NCBI RefSeq assembly: GCF_001194135.2
Contig: NC_068989.1
Span: forward strand, 12,041,043 to 12,076,986
Origin: Octopus bimaculoides
Lineage: Eukaryota
Direction: 5' to 3'
DNA: 35,944 nucleotides
Made by a program: the position numbers and the translations under genes
Part shown: in pieces, positions 33,173-35,944 of the stretch
How positions within the stretch are numbered: the first letter of the stretch is position 1
Layout: each line of letters opens with the position of its first letter
Notes under the pieces: model-generated
The model's input: the letters and a program-made list of their open reading frames with translations, nothing else
Databases searched by the model: none
What the model was told of the DNA's origin: nothing

Positions 33173-34331
33173 ACATTTTGGTATATGAATAGTATCATGA
33201 TAGGAATTATGAAATCATATAAAGGAGGAAGTTTTGTTTTGCTTTTGAAATGTCACCTGGTAATAACATTTCTGTTACCACAATTCTAATCACGTGTCTT
33301 TCGACAATAATGAAGCAACCGGATGTTACCGGGAATAGAGCTAAAGAATACAGATAATTGCCAAGAGAGGAGGAGAAGTTCATATACTGCGATATACCTG
33401 ATAGATAATAAATCCGTTTCCTATCTAAGTATTGGTATGTTCATCAATGTTCAATTGTGTAAATTGGAAGTTATATAATGGCCAGAAATTGTTGCTGCAA
33501 GCGATTATAAGATGGAAATTTTAAAGATCGTGCTACGAAAGATTGCTGTTTTTAAAATGTGCATTATATTACAATTCTGTCAGAACCAACTGGCATGCAA
33601 TGACTTTAAGAAATGAAAAAAAAAAATGAGCAAATCTTAAAAGTTTAAAGCGAAAATTACCATGAACAATATAGTAAATATATTCTAAATATAAAGAGAA
33701 AATAATACGGAAAATATTACTGTGATATAAAGTATGATAAAAGGCAATCTAGCTTCTCACTTGTTTAAATTAGATATTCCTTATGTAGCCACAAGTCTTC
33801 CTTCATAGAAGCGGAAAAGAAATGAGATTCTCTAACATTCGTGCTTTCCCTAACGGCATTAGTGTTGTGCACAAATTTTTCAAGATGGCTTCTAAGGGAT
33901 CTGAACTTATCGATGCCGGTCACGTTATACTCTTACATAATTAATACTGCAGGTCATTTACAAAGGCCAGCATTAGCTATGCCTGTCATCTGTATTACAT
34001 GTGATATGCAGACGTATTTTCTTGTCGTTCATGCATCCATCAATGGATATGCACTTTCCTAATTTTTTTCAACCATCAGCGTATTTTGGGACTTATGAAA
34101 GCACAATTTTATATTACTTAGGACATATGAAATAAGGACTAACTACAAGTCTGAAATTAAGCATAGAAATTTAGAACGAACTTATAAAAATGATTTTGAC
34201 ATGTAAAAAATTAATTAAGAATTTCGCACCCTACTACTTTTGGGTCGCCCAGGGGTCAGTCATGATAACCACTTATGACCGAAGGAAATATCGTCGTTCT
34301 TTTCATTTGGTTTATTGCATCTTTGAAATCC

Positions 34332-34523
34332 TCTTAGCCCCTTGTGGAGCATAGGGCCGGTTTCCCGGTTTCCATGGCGTACGTGTCCCCCACCCACTAG
34401 CTGCATGGGACGCCAGTCCATCGCAGCTTTTTACTCAACAATCAGGAAGAAAGAGTGAGAGAAAGTTAGGGCGAAAGAGTACAACAGGGGTCGCCACCAC
34501 CCCCTGCCGGAACCTCGTGTAGC
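34332..34523 (-). mobile_element. SINE family C body with an alternative 3' module
   Basis: Minus strand GCTACACGAGGTTCCGGCAGGGGGTGGTGGCGACCCCTGTTGTACTCT..AACTTTCTCTCACTCT matches 17985-18055, then continues CTGCGATGGACTGGCGTCCC..GGAAACCGGGAAACCGGCCCTATG. Confidence 0.75.
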
Positions 34524-35031
34524 AAAATGTGGAGCTTATATATTTATAGATGTGATGACTAATTGAGCCAAATTAGATCAACAGCGACTTGTGATTTCAA
34601 CTCAGTAGGAACAAAAATCTTGTTCCAATTCCCTACTTGTAATAAGCCTAATAAATCTACGGGATTAAATATTTATATAGAGACCCAATTACTACAAATT
34701 TGAATTTACTTTATACAGGCTCGATAAATTAAGACTAGATTCATCCCATCCGTAAAAGAAGGTTTATTTCCTATGTCCATCTAGGTGATATTCCTCTTAA
34801 GTTACTGAGATTCTATATAAAACCGTACGTATTACACTAAAATAATTAGAAGTTTGATCCGTTGAAGGCCTCAATCCAATATCTATACATGTCACTCAGT
34901 GTTACTGTTAGAATCGTGGTGTTATTAGTCAGACATGGATCACTGAATACGTTTTGACATGGTTCACTGAATAAGATGGAAATGGATCACTGAATACGTA
35001 GACTTCCGAACAAAATATCATGGGCTATTTA

Positions 35032-35110
35032 CGAGGGCAGACTGAAAGGTTCATAGGCTGACTGTGAAGGAGTGATACTGAAGCTGTGATTTTCTATGAA
35101 CAAGTGGTTG
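35032..35110 (+). mobile_element. Possible mariner-type terminal fragment
   Basis: TA|CGAGGGCAGACTGAAAGGTTCATAGGCTG resembles TACGAGGG-type mariner TIRs; no partner end in the window. Confidence 0.45.
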
Positions 35111-35317
35111 GTAGACATTCATAGATTTGTTGGGAAGGAGTATAACTGAAGGGATCAACATCTTGTACTTAGTTATCCCTGTGGGTTTTGAACTCACAAT
35201 TTAAAAAGGACCTGAAAAATTGTTGGTGCGTCGACAAAATAACTAACGATATTTTACTTCCACCGACCAAGATCAACTGCCTTGATTTAAGTAATGCACG
35301 TTTTGGCTAGTGATAAG

Positions 35318-35433
35318 CGTTAAGGGTACACGTGTTTGTGGAGTGCTCAGCCACTTGCACGTTAATTTTACGAGCAGGCTGTTCCGTTGATTGCATCAAC
35401 TGGAACCCTCGTCGTCGCAACCGACGGAGTGCC
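35318..35433 (+). mobile_element. SINE family C 3' part
   Basis: CGTTAAGGGTACACGTG.TGTGGAGTGCTCAGCCACTTGCACGTTAAT...GACGGAGTGCC nearly identical to 18134-18249. Confidence 0.9.
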
Positions 35434-35630
35434 GTAGTAATCAACTGAAGACAAATTCTTGGAAGAAATACTCTTAGATTGAAATAGCTCATAGGCACTA
35501 CTTAGTGATTCTTGACAAAAACACGCGATAATATGAGGAGTCTTGAGCGACTGTATGGATATCAGGAATTTGCTTCTCAAAGTAAAGAATTGTAATTTTA
35601 TGTAGAGAACGGTGCTTTACGATGTTACTT

Positions 35631-35800
35631 ATTCTTTTATTCCTTTATTCTGTTACTTGTTTCAGTCATCTGACCGCGGCCATGCTGGAGCACTACATTT
35701 AGTCGAACAAATCCTATTCTCTTTTGCCGAACTGCTATATTACGGAGATGTAAACATACCAATATCAGTTGTCAAGCGATGGTGGGGGACCAAACCCAGG
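35631..35800 (-). mobile_element. SINE family D 3' part with extended tail
   Basis: CTTTTGCCGAACTGCTA..TTACGGAGATGTAAACA..CCAA..TCAGTTGTCAAGCGATGGTGGGGG is the reverse complement of the 25425-25500 block. A related tail piece (GGCCATGCTGG.GCAC) is also at ~6345-6362. Confidence 0.7.
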
Positions 35801-35889
35801 CACACAAATACATACATACATACTTTTCCTGTTCTTATCTATCTATCTGCTTGTCTGTCTGTACATTTGCACATATGTACGTGTGTGTG

Positions 35890-35907
35890 AGTGCATACGT
35901 GCGTATG

Positions 35908-35944
<37 letters not shown>
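35890..35944. repeat. (TA)n microsatellite at window end
   Basis: Directly visible. Confidence 0.95.

Overview
Eukaryotic, AT-rich, repeat-dominated window with ten N gaps, most of them flanked by microsatellites as expected of a short-read assembly. The SINE repertoire and extreme microsatellite load suggest a cephalopod (Octopus-like) genome; this is inference, not a database result. No intact protein-coding gene can be supported: most listed ORFs are artefacts of simple repeats and N runs. Identifiable content: four tRNA-headed SINE-like families in many copies, a decayed Tc1 transposase with its right end, a Tc1/mariner-type MITE with an internal 85-bp tandem array, and a 3' fragment of a restriction-like-endonuclease (R4/Dong-like) non-LTR retrotransposon. 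There are also a few weaker DNA-transposon termini and three weak splice-site-bounded exon candidates on the + strand. The most interesting signal is four hammerhead-ribozyme motifs from three unrelated repeat families. Two have an intact catalytic core, and one of these sits in the 3' part of an element with a tRNA-like Pol III head, i.e. a SINE-like element carrying a Penelope-type minimal hammerhead. A third, decayed hammerhead lies between a TATA-like motif and poly(A) signals, directly upstream of a ~120-bp-arm inverted repeat.
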